Shown: one piece after another, positions 1 through 10,767 of the stretch | Numbering within the stretch: position 1 is the first letter of the stretch | How the letters are laid out: every line of letters starts with the position of its first letter | Origin: Octopus sinensis | Lineage: Eukaryota | Assembly: GCF_006345805.1 (NCBI RefSeq) | Contig: NC_043020.1 | Span: 29,636,001-29,700,000, forward strand | Length of the DNA stretch: 64,000 nucleotides | Direction: 5' to 3' | Translations under genes and position numbers: made by a program | Notes under the pieces: generated by a model | Seen by the model: the letters and a program-made list of their open reading frames with translations, nothing else | The model's database searches: none | What the model was told of the DNA's origin: nothing

Positions 1-84
1 TTTTTATATCATCTCCAAATTGATGAAAAGCAAAGTTGATGTCAGTAGTATTTGAACTCAGGGTACAAGGAGTCGGATTGGGGC

Positions 85-232
85 TTAGAAGTTTGCTCCC
101 AAGAATATGGTCTGGGGTTTAGTCTTACTGTGTGGCTCCTTGGATAAGTGTCTTCTACTATTGCCCTCAGATCAACCAAAACCTTGTGAGTGGATTATTT
201 GGCAGATGGAAACTGAAAGGAATTTATGTATG
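85..232 (+). mobile_element. SINE family A, diverged 5' half
   Basis: Matches the 5' half of the near-consensus copy at 1749-2130 (ccttggataagtgtcttctacta...ttgtgagtggat...ggaaactgaaag). Confidence 0.7.
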
Positions 233-271
233 TATGTATGTTCCTATGTATGTATGTATGTAAATAAAAAA

Positions 272-455
272 AACCAAGAACAAACACAAGAAGAAAAAAA
301 CGCGAGGACATGGTACATGCAAAGTATTAGCAGAAGGTCAGGGAATGAAAGAAAGGTGGTTTTACATTTCGAGCAAAGCTCTTCATCAGAAACAGGAGTT
401 GGAGGAAAGTCCAAGAGAAAAGGAAGACAGAGGAAAAAAATCGCCAATGATCCAC
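272..455 (-). mobile_element. Short Penelope/retrozyme-like element fragment carrying a minimal hammerhead
   Basis: Reverse complement aligns with 35850-36045 (cattggcgatttttttcctctgtcttcc...gtcctcgcg). Confidence 0.65.
359..393 (-). ncRNA. Minimal type-I hammerhead ribozyme motif
   Basis: Minus strand reads GUUU-CUGAUGA-A-GAGC-uuu-GCUC-GAAA-UGUA-AAAC: intact core, 4-bp stem II, 4-bp stem I, GUA cleavage triplet. Confidence 0.6.
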
Positions 456-582
456 ATGTATGTTTGTATGCATGCATATATGTAATTATTTTTTCTAAAT
501 ATTCCTATCAACAGCCTAATTCAGTTAACAGACTACAGTTGTAGCTTCTGTTATTTATAGCGCTGTGGACCATGCTGTAGTT

Positions 583-650
583 CAGTGGTTGCCAACCTTT
601 TCACTACCAAGGACCCCTTTTATTTAAATGAGTTTTCCTATGGACCCAGG
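583..650 (+). mobile_element. hAT (Charlie-like) MITE terminal fragment
   Basis: Begins cagtggttgccaacc, matching the TIR type seen at 8237; ggacccc subterminal motifs. Confidence 0.5.
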
Positions 651-664
651 ATATTGAAAGGTCT

Positions 665-1010
665 GTCAGCTTTACATGTTCATGAACCCTCAGCACTACC
701 TTTGTGGTCAGTCTGTTAATGGCATTAAGTATAGCAGTCGGAATCTTGGTAAAGCTTAAGACTGTAATATCCATGGCTGGGGAGCATAGTCAAATGCCTT
801 CTCATAGTCTAGCAATGCAATCAACAGGTTCCAGTGATGTCGTTTTGGCTTCCTTGAGGACAGCTTTGTTGATGAGGAGCTGTTTGGCACAACCCTTGGC
901 ATCTTTCTTTTCTCCTGCCTGTTTGTCCAATGATCATGGACAATTGGACTGTATAATAACATGCAAGGAAAACAGAAAGTTCCCATACCACCGGTTATAA
1001 CTCTGTGGTA
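665..1010 (-). mobile_element. Decayed RT fragment of an R2-group (R4/Dong/NeSL-like) non-LTR retrotransposon
   Basis: Minus frames give QAGEKKDAKGCAKQLLINKAVLKEAK, then after a frameshift NLLIALLDYEKAFDYAPQPWILQS, resembling the D-Y-x-KAFDSVPH-x-WI motif. Confidence 0.75.
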
Positions 1011-1019
1011 AATTATCCA

Positions 1020-1470
1020 AGCTCTACAGGGAATAGCAAGAAATACTAAAGAGCAAGCTAATTGCCCTTAAACACAAGCTGCAAGTGATGAGTGAGAAGT
1101 TTTAGTATCTCAAAAGATTTCTAACGAGTAGGATGATGAGGCATAAACCTCCACTGAATCACATAAAAGATTGGAAAAGCCCCTTCCCAGGAAGATCTGG
1201 GATCATTCTGGAGAGTGATCTGGAATGTAAACAAACATGACAACCGTGATGCAAAGTGGTTGAGTGAACTACAGACTGAATACTGTGCAATTCTCTCTTC
1301 CAAAATCTATAAAATCAACAGTGAAACTATCTTCGTGATGGTTGCAAAATTTCCGAATGGAAAGTTTGCTTGGAGAGTCTTGATTGTAAGTTATTGATAC
1401 AAAAAACCCACATTCTACAGGTCAATACTTGTTAACTTCTTTGAAAGAATACGGAACACTGAGTTCTAAG
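1020..1470 (+). mobile_element. Decayed pre-RT/N-terminal RT fragment of the same element type, opposite orientation
   Basis: Plus frames give LKHKLQVMSEKF and KAPSQEDLGSFWRVIWNVNKHDNRDAKWLSELQTEY...KFPNGKFAWRVLIVSY*YKK, resembling FW..IW / EW / K..NWKAPGPD.I..YW.KK. Confidence 0.65.
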
Positions 1471-1582
1471 ACTGTAGAGTGTAATTTGAGAAAAATTTGG
1501 TTGTTATTTCAAGCATGTTGGACAATGAGCATCCTTGTCATACAAACAGTGTTTTCATTTCCAGTCTTCTGTGGACAATTTG

Positions 1583-1700
1583 TCTGGTCATGGGGAAATA
1601 GGTAGGGGTTAGTGATGGGAAAGGCGTCTGGCCGTAGCAAATCTGCCTCAGCAAATTCCATCTGACCCATGCAAGCATGGAAAAGGGGTCAGTAAATGAT
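1583..1700 (+). mobile_element. Family C (RTE-type 3' tail) copy
   Basis: gggaaaggcgtctggccgtag...gacccatgcaagcatggaaaag; same tail as 11700-11846. Confidence 0.65.
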
Positions 1701-1748
1701 AGAATTTTTATAACTCTAAAACAAAAATACAGTAAAAGTCTTTAATTA

Positions 1749-2130
1749 GGCGCAGGGGTGGCTGTGTGGTAAGTAGCTTGTTTACCAACCACATGGTTCC
1801 GTGTTCAGTCCCACTGCATGGCGCTTTGGGCAAGTGTCTTCTACTATAGTCTCGGGCCGACCAAAGCCTTATGAGTGGATTTGGTAGACGGAAACTGAAA
1901 GAAGCCCGTCGTATATATGTATATATATATATGTGTGTGTATATGTTTGTGTGTCTGTTCATCCCCCCAACATCTGATGCTGGTGTGTTTATGTCCCCGT
2001 AACTTATCAGTTAAGAGAATACATACTCGGCTTACAAAGAATAGTCATGGGGTCGATTTGCTCAGCTAAAGGCGGTGCTCCAGCATGGCCACAGTCAAAT
2101 GACTGAAACAAGTAAAAAGAGTGAAAAAGA
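1749..2130 (+). mobile_element. SINE family A, full length
   Basis: tRNA-like head (ggctgtgtggtaag A-box-like, gttcagtccc B-box-like), internal (TA/TG)n, 3' tail gactgaaacaagtaaaaagag; roughly 30 related copies in the window. Confidence 0.85.
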
Positions 2131-2711
2131 ATAATTACAAAATTCTTATTGAAACTGAATCTAAATTAATCATTCCCAGATAGAGGATGGTAACGAAATA
2201 TTTTGCTTTATAACAATAATGGAAACAGAATTTTATTCAAAGAAAATTATGCATAAAAGTTCAAAATGGCTCTAAGGACTCTACCATAATTGAATTAATA
2301 CACTGCAATTATAATTGTCAAAAAAGGGACAATAAAATAAGTGTACATACAGTGTATGTGTGTACAAGGACACTACCATAATTGAATTGTTATTCCCAAC
2401 ATAATACCAAAGAACTTGTCAAAGAACATATCTAAGGAAGTTTCATGAGTCACATTCTGTAAAGAACCAGTTTAATCTTGGAAAAGTTATTTTGTTAAAT
2501 TTGTTAAGTTCATGATTACTTCAAAAATTAATTGAAACAAAAATCTACAAAAAAAATAAATAAATAAATAAAATGGAAAGAAACCAAAAACACCAAGCAT
2601 TTCAAAAATAAATAAAAAAGGAAAATATTTCCTTTTTTTTTTTAATGTAACTTGTTGAATGACTTGGCTTCTCTTTATGTAAAGTTGGTAGGATGAAGTA
2701 GGAAGTTGTGT

Positions 2712-3020
2712 TTGCTTCATTCATTGGACTGTGGCCATACTGGGGCACCTACTTGAAGGGTTTAACCAAAAACAGATCAACCCTGATACTTACTTTTTAA
2801 GTTTCATACTTTACATGGACATAAATAAACCAACACTGGTAGGGGACAAACACACATGCTAACACACACACGTGTGTGCACACAACAGGCTTCTTTCAGT
2901 TTCCATCTTCCAGATCCACTCACAAGGCTCTGGTCAGTCTGTGGCTATTGGAGAAACCCCTTACCTTGCCAGAGATACCGTGCAGGGGGACTGAACCTGG
3001 AACCATGTGGTTGGGAAGTA
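2712..3020 (-). mobile_element. SINE family A
   Basis: Reverse-complement similarity to 1749-2130. Confidence 0.8.
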
Positions 3021-3274
3021 AAAGAAAATAATTTAAATAAAATATTAATTAATAATTTAATCTTAATTCTTTGTTTGCTAAAATAATACTGGATATTTTG
3101 GAATTTAATTATTTATTAATTATTTTTTTTTGCACTTAATTCATTAGTCTGTTAATTATTTATATTAAAATTTGGTTTGAATTCATTCCTTTCTTTAGCA
3201 ACTTTCACAAACAACTTCAAGAAAATTTAGGCCCACTTGGCAAATTAAGCGTTTCCTCTCGTCAAGTAAATGTG

Positions 3275-3518
3275 TGTGTATACACACTCATGCATATATA
3301 TATATATATATTACACACGTTACATGCCACACACATGCACATATGTAACACACATCTACATACATATATATATATACATATATATTATATACACGCATGT
3401 CTATATACATGTGTGTGTGTATATATATATACCCTGGTAAATAATTTTTCTGTGTTAATTGTTAACAAAGTAAAAATACACTCATCTATTTATATATATA
3501 TAATATATATATATATAT

Positions 3519-3570
<52 letters not shown>

Positions 3571-3645
3571 CATGCTTGTGTGTGTATATATATGTATATA
3601 TATACACACACACACACGCATGTACACACACATACGTATATATAC
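3275..3645. repeat. Compound (TA)/(CA)/(TG) microsatellite
   Basis: Direct reading. Confidence 0.95.
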
Positions 3646-4111
3646 ACCTCCCCCTTATTTTTTTAAAAAGCTATATGCTCGCTTGTCATTTAAACAGTTT
3701 TACACGAACCTGATTCCACTCACAGGATCTCTTCTCTGCTTATGTCTCATGCTTATATAATTCCAACAAGAAAAATGAAAGAAAGGGAAGATTATTTCGT
3801 TTTACACTAAACACACACTAAACACTAAACACACGTGATGTGGAATTCAGCGACAGATTGCCTGTTTCTGCAACTCTGCTAACTCTCCGGTCTGAGTATT
3901 AACATTCACCCAAGACAAAGACAGGTATGACTCAGCAAATTAATCACACCCTGTTCTCTGAGATTCTACGGGAAGCTGCCAATTCTTGGCATTTTTAGTT
4001 TTTCAAAAAAACATGTCTGCTATGATTTTTTTTTTTCTATTTATATATTTTTTTATTCATATTTTTATGACTACTAATACCACTACTACTACTACTGATA
4101 ATAATAATATT

Positions 4112-5095
4112 ATTGGTTTCAAATTTTGCCACAAGGGCAGCCATTTGTGGGGAGGGGATGTCAATTACATCTACCCCAATGTTCAACTGTCCTTAATTTA
4201 TTGACCCCGAAAGGATGAAAGGCAAAGCTGACCTCGGTGGAAAATAATAATAGTTTGTACTATAGGCACAAGGCCTGGAATTAAAGAGGAGGGTGCGGTG
4301 GTAAGTTGATTACATAAGCCCCCAATACTTGACTGGTATTTAATTTATTGATCACTACATCCTGAGTTGACGTGCTAATGATTCTGCCAGCTCATCACCT
4401 TAATAATAATAATTTCTATTATAGGTACAAGGCCTGGAATTTGGTGGGGGTGGTTAAGTTGATTACATCAACCTCAGTACTCAACTGGAACTTAATTTAT
4501 CAACCCCGAAAGGATGAAAGGCAAAGTCAACCCTGGCAGAATTTGAACTCAGGACGTAGCAACAAACAAAGATCCCGCTAAGCATTTCGCCCAACATGCT
4601 AACGATTCTGCCAGCTCACCACTTTAATAGTGATAATAATAATAATTCTTTCTAATTTTGGTGCCAGGTTGGCAGTTTTGAGGGCAGGGGGAAGCCAATT
4701 TCATCAACCCCTCACTGCTCAACTGATAATTATTTAATCAACCTCAAAAGGATGAATGGCAAAGTCAGCCTCGGTAGAATTTGAACTCAGACTGTCGAGA
4801 ACCACAAGGAATGCTGCTAAGCACTTAATCCAACCTTCGAACAAATCTGCCAGATCACCACCTTAATTAATTTCTTCTACTTTAGCTACAAGGCTTTTAT
4901 TTTTGGCAGAAAGGGGGCTAGTCAATTACATTGACCACAGTACTCAACTGCTACTTATTTTATTGTCCCCACTGAAAGGATAAAAGGCTAAGTCAATCTC
5001 AGCAGAATTTGAACCCTGAATGTGAAGAGCTGAAGAAAAATGTTGCTAAGCATTTTGTCCGACTTGCTAATAACTCTGCCAGCTCCCCACCGCCT
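4112..5095 (-). mobile_element. Chain of five SINE family B copies (B2 tail)
   Basis: Repeated gaaaggatgaaaggcaaagt.gacc...ggaatttgaactcag core, separated by (AAT)n/(ACT)n runs. Confidence 0.85.
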
Positions 5096-5454
5096 ACAAC
5101 AACTACTACTACTACTAATACAACAAATAGTAGTAATAATAATAATAGTCATGACTGATGCCTTTATCTTAAAAGCGACAAAGACTGACATACACACCTC
5201 TTCACTGACACATACATACCTCTTCAATGGATGCTTCACTACATAAAAATAATTGTTCTGACTATTAACATTATTTTTTAGAGATGTACAAACATCAATG
5301 GTATGGTGGATAAAGGTGCTACTGCTGCCTTTCATCTCGTGAGAGAAAGGCTCCATGCTCAAAAGCCATTCTGGTGCTGTGTTCACACCCATAGATTTCA
5401 CACCTGATTGGTGTTGATCAAAGACAAAATCAAACGAAACACAGTGTAGATATT

Positions 5455-5625
5455 GTCATCATCATCATCATAGTTGTAGCATCCTCTTTCACATGCTTGC
5501 ATTAGTCAGACAGAATTTGATGAGGCAGCAGTAGTAGTTGGATGCTTTTCTTGTCACCAACCTTCACCAGTTTCCAAACATGGTCAGACCCCTTTTTTAC
5601 AGATTAGAAATGAGCACTGCTCCTT
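5455..5625 (-). mobile_element. Family C copy
   Basis: (CAT)n followed by tttcacatgcttgcattagtcagacagaattt; reverse complement of the C tail. Confidence 0.6.
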
Positions 5626-5819
5626 TACAATTATTGCTTGATGTCAAACCAAGAAGACACACCTCACTCCACACGCACACACACACACACACACAAACAT
5701 TATATATTACTCATGTAACTCCCACCTACTCTCACTCTTGGTTCCTCTGTCCCCACTCACTTTTACTCACCTCATACCCTCACAAAACCATATACACTCA
5801 TATATATACATATATACAA

Positions 5820-5978
5820 TGGGCTTCTTTCAGTTTCCGTCTACCAAATCCACTCACAAGGCTTTGGGCGGCCCAAAGCTATAGTAGAAGACACTTGCTC
5901 AAAGTGCCATGCAGTGGGACTGAACCCAGAACCATGTGGTTCGTAAGCAAGCTACTTACCACACAGCCACTCCTACAC
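5820..5978 (-). mobile_element. SINE family A, 5' half
   Basis: Near-consensus reverse complement of the A head. Confidence 0.85.
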
Positions 5979-6074
5979 CTGAGCTTTTGCGTAAATTATT
6001 TACACAAAATGTAAACCAAATGTTGACCTTGCTCAAAAGGTGTCAGTGTGTGAGGACATGCAGAACGAAATGCA

Positions 6075-6310
6075 TCATCATCATCAACATTATTGTTTTA
6101 ACGTCCATTTTTCCATGCTTGCATGGGTCAGATGAAATTTGTTGAGGTAGGTTTTCTACAGTCAGATATCCTTCCTGTTGCCAGCCCATACCTGTTTCCA
6201 AGCAAGATAATATTTCCCCATGACTAGACATGTTTTTCACAGAAGTTTGGAAATGAATGACACACCTTGCATGACAGTGACCCTCAATTATGATGTCAAG
6301 ACAAGCAAAC
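6075..6310 (-). mobile_element. Family C copy (C2 variant)
   Basis: acgtccatttttccatgcttgcatgggtcagatgaaattt...ccttcctgttgccagccc. Confidence 0.75.
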
Positions 6311-6332
6311 AGTAACGCACACACACAGAGAT

Positions 6333-6470
6333 TCTGTCAACCAAATCTACTCACAAGGCTTTGATCAACCCAAGGATGTAGAAGACACTTGCTCATGGTA
6401 CCACACAGTGGGACTGAACCCAAAACCATGTGGTTGGGAAGCAAACTTCTTGCCACTCAGCCACACCTGC
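6333..6470 (-). mobile_element. SINE family A, 5' half
   Basis: aaatctactcacaaggctttg...gggactgaacccaaaaccatgtggttggg. Confidence 0.8.
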
Positions 6471-6774
6471 ACCTCTTGTATATACATATATATGACAGGC
6501 TTCCATACAGTTTCCATCTACAAAATCTCACTAAGAATGTTTTATAATATGAAGAAATTAGCACATTATATTAAATGCATTGAGTTGATAATTATTTGAA
6601 AGTCGTTAAAACAAAACCAGATTTTTTTATACCATTATATGAAAACAATATGGTGGATGAGAATTGTCAGTCATTTTACTCAATCAATCAATAAAATCAA
6701 TCAATACATATACATATATACACACACACTCATAAAACCACTTAACTGCATCTTTTATAAAAGCTGCACACATG

Positions 6775-6817
<43 letters not shown>

Positions 6818-7507
6818 TATTTGGCAGAATTATTTGAATATCAAATGGAAAAGCCTTGTGGTACTTGTTTTAACTTTCTGCACCGAAGTTGAAATCCTGC
6901 CAAGGCTAACTTAGCCATTTTATTCTTTCAGGGTTAATAAAGTAAACTAGTCCAGGAGTGTGGAATGGTAAAACTGTGTTAGACGAGGGAGAGAGACCTC
7001 GCAGCATCTGCTTCAAGTTCAAACTATGTCTGCTATCAATGGGGGTAAAAAAAACAAACAAACAAACAAAAAGACAGTTCCTTGAAGACCCAGCAAAAAT
7101 GTTGAAAGTCTTAAGAAGTTCTTAAGAGAGTGCTTAAGTATTTCAGCTGATCCCTATCAGTGCTGGAATACAGATTCTCAAGAGAGAATGCCTGGGGACT
7201 TTCAAGACCTTTGCACTCTCTCTTTTTTTTTTTTTTTTCTTACCAACCAAATTTAGCTTCTGTGGACCCACATGTGACTATGTAGCTTAATGTAGGATCT
7301 ACAAGTCTTGGTGCAGACTAAGCATTATTCTCAAAGGGGAAAAGATTCTGTGTTGGTTACTTTGTGCTCCGCATGTTCCTTATTCAGATTGTTGATTCAA
7401 ACTGTGTCGGAGCGTTGACACAAGTTGAACCCCTCACAGCTTTGCTTGTTATTCAATAAGGATTTCTGCCTCATATATCTGTCTGTCTACCTATTTATAT
7501 GTTTATA

Positions 7508-7640
7508 TCATCATCGTCATCACTCAACATCCACTTTCTATGCTGGCATGGGTTGGATGGTTTGACAGGAGCCGACTTCACCGTGCTTTGCTGTCTGTTT
7601 TGTCATGGTTTTGTGGCTGAATGCCTTTCCTAACACCAAT
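7508..7640 (-). mobile_element. Family C copy
   Basis: catccactttctatgctggcatgggttggatggtttgac...gatgcctttcctaacacc-like. Confidence 0.7.
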
Positions 7641-7931
7641 GTATGTGTGTGCATATATATATATATACGCACACATGATGAGAAAGGGATGAAGATCCTT
7701 CTGAAGTCAAAGCAATGTGAATGAATAAGCCTTAACATTTGACAGAATAATCCGGATAATAAAGGGTTAAAGTGAGTTAAATTCCCATGTTTTATCATGT
7801 TTGGTGCTGATCCATTTACTAATCGTTGACTCTCATCCCAGCATATATTACAGGCTTCGTGCACCAACATCCTAACCCTGACCACACTACACTAACTCAT
7901 TCCACCAATTCACTCTATCAACACCTTAGAC

Positions 7932-8237
7932 CAGGATTTCTCCTTTGATTACTATTTCATCCTGGTGGGTCCCCAACAGCCATTCGATGTCTAAAAACTA
8001 GTTTTATAGAAACTTCTTTCAAAATTCCTATTTTATTTTTCTCACATCAACCTGTGGAGTTGGTTGGACAATGGAAAATATTAAAGAAACTTGGCTGTTT
8101 CCTGCAATACATACCAATACACACATCTAATGTAAAATTTTTTCAAGGGCCCTTAAAATACTATTTTGTTGTGTGGACCCCTCCAAAATCTTAAATGGAT
8201 CCCCAGGGGCCATGTCGATCCTGGTTGAGAACCACTG
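7932..8237. mobile_element. hAT (Charlie-like) MITE
   Basis: Right TIR gttgagaaccactg, degenerate left TIR caggatttctc, and an 8-bp TSD ccttagac (7924-7931) / ccctagac (8238-8245). Confidence 0.7.
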
Positions 8238-8596
8238 CCCTAGACTAATGCAATCTACTAAACACTTTTCAGTCACTGTGTCTTCCCTCTGCCTATTTCA
8301 CCACTACAACAAACTCCATGTCGTCTGCACCCACCCTCCACCATTGTCCCTTATCTTCTGCAATAATTGCTTCACACAATCCTTCCACCTTGTAATTACA
8401 ACATTCTGATGCCCCCCCCCCCGCTCCCTGATCCTGCTGGTACTCCACTCTATGGAAGTTTACGCAACTCACAACATTGACCTGTGCTAACCTCACCACA
8501 CTCTACACACTCGGGTGTGTAGAAAATTGAATGCATTTGTATGCGTGCGTGTTATATATATATGCGTGTATGTATATATATATATATATATATATA

Positions 8597-8778
8597 GGCA
8601 CAGGAGTGGCTGTGTGGTAAGTAGCTTTATTCTCTGTCTACTAAATCCACTCTCGAGGCTTTGGTCAGCCTGGAGCTTTAGTAGAAGTCACTAATCCTTG
8701 GTACCACACAGTGGGACTGAACCCAAAATTTTGAGCTTTGCTTGAGAAGCAAACTTTTTAATGACACAGCCACACCTA
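8597..8778. mobile_element. SINE A head (+, ~30 bp) abutting an older SINE A 5' half (-)
   Basis: ggcacaggagtggctgtgtggtaagtagctt followed by the reverse complement of an A 5' half, all within (TA)n. Confidence 0.7.
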
Positions 8779-9584
8779 TATATATATATATTGTTTATAC
8801 ACCTTGCTTTGATCACTACTTTATTAGTCAGCCGTAGTTTATCGTGTTGGGGTCAACCAGTCCATCTCTGTCGTTCTTTGTTCTCGTAGTTATTTTGTGT
8901 TTACACCTGGCTTAAATAAACATGTGTGTATTTATAGATAAATCAGTTACATATGTGTCTATGTTTGTCTATGGACTTTTGTGTATTCACAAATATATAA
9001 ACATTGAGATATTTTTCTCACTTTGGTGTTTCTAATGAACTCTGGTACTTTCTTTCAAGATTTTCCAGAAGTGCAGTTTACGGGGGTGGATCTTTGTGAG
9101 TATTTAAGTCAAATATAGAATGTGGTGTAAGCCAACTTGGGACTGAGCAAAACCACTTCCCAAACTCAGTATGTCCATGGAAATGTTCCGAGATTGTAAG
9201 AAGTTCCTGGGTGTGAATTTGTCTTCAGTGGATAAAGTGTTGCACAGCCCTGAATGCACCTTGCAGTGCAATCAGCTGTAAAACCAGTGGCACAAAAGGG
9301 GCTGAGACGACCAGAAACCAACAACACTTCAAGGGTGTTGTTTTTTTCTTTTATACAAGTTTACCTTCTCCTGGAAAGAGGTTCTAAGGAGAACTAAGGG
9401 CCCTTCACCCTCAGTAGTTCATATACTGGTTGACCCATAGCTGAGACCCTAACAGATGCTACTTCTCTGGGTCAAAGTAGACCTAGGAACAATGATGGCT
9501 AAGAAGTGGTCCCACTCCCTTCAAAACACTGGAACACCTGCACCTGGGCCCCACTACTGGATGCAGTTTAAAGTCTTACTCAGG

Positions 9585-10757
9585 ACACACACACACACAC
9601 ACACAATTATATTTTTTGTTCACACACACACACACACACACAATTATATTTTTTGTTCACACACACACACACACACACAATTATATTTTTTGTTCACACA
9701 CACACACCACACACAATTATATTTTTTGTTCACACACACACACCACACACACAATTATATTTTTTGTTCACACGCACACACACACACAATTATATTTTTT
9801 GTTCAACACACACACAACACACAATTATATTTTTTGTTCACACACACACACACACACACAATTATTTTTTTGTTCACACACAACACACACACACAATTAT
9901 ATTTTTGTTCACACACAACACACACACACAATTATATTTTTTGTTCACACACCACACACACACACAATTATATTTTTTGTTCACACACACACACACACAC
10001 AATTATATTTTTTGTTCACACGCACACACACACACAATTATATTTTTTGTTCACACACACACACACACACAATTATATTTTTTGTTCACACACACACACA
10101 CACACACAATTATATTTTTTGTTCACACACACACACACACACACAATTATATTTTTTGTTCACACACACACACACACACACAATTATATTTTTTGTTCAC
10201 ACGCACACACACACACAATTATATTTTTTGTTCACACACACACACACACACACAATTATATTTTTTGTTCACACACACACACACACAATTATATTTTTTG
10301 TTCACACACACACACACACACAATTATATTTTTTGTTCACACACACACACAACACACAATTATATTTTTTGTTCACACGCACACACACAACAATTATATT
10401 TTTTGTTCACACACACACACACACAATTATTTTTTTGTTCACACACACACACACACACAATTATTTTTTTGTTCACACACACACACACACACAATTATAT
10501 TTTTTGTTCACACGCACACACACACACAATTATTTTTTTGTTCACACACACACACACACACACAATTATATTTTTTGTTCACACGCACACACACACACAA
10601 TTATATTTTTTGTTCACACACACACACACACACACAATTATATTTTTTGTTCACACACACACACACACACACAATTATATTTTTTGTTCACACGCACACA
10701 CACACACACAATTATATTTTTTGTTCACACGCACACACACACACACAAATTATATTG
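9585..10757. repeat. Minisatellite: constant ATTATATTTTTTGTT plus variable-length (CA)n, about 32 units
   Basis: Direct reading. Confidence 0.95.
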
Positions 10758-10767
10758 TTTATTTTAC

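Noticed and set aside
1749-1830. SINE A, B and D heads as tRNA genes
   Set aside because: They have A/B-box-like motifs but no complete cloverleaf and continue into SINE bodies.
3272-3760. Tyr/Ile/His-rich and Cys/Val-rich ORFs here and at 17341-17780, 37292-37576, 40288-40616, 43447-43799 and 56081-56452
   Set aside because: Microsatellite translations.
9585-10757. CRISPR-like layout (constant repeat plus variable spacers)
   Set aside because: The spacers are only (CA)n of varying length, the context is eukaryotic, and there are no cas genes.
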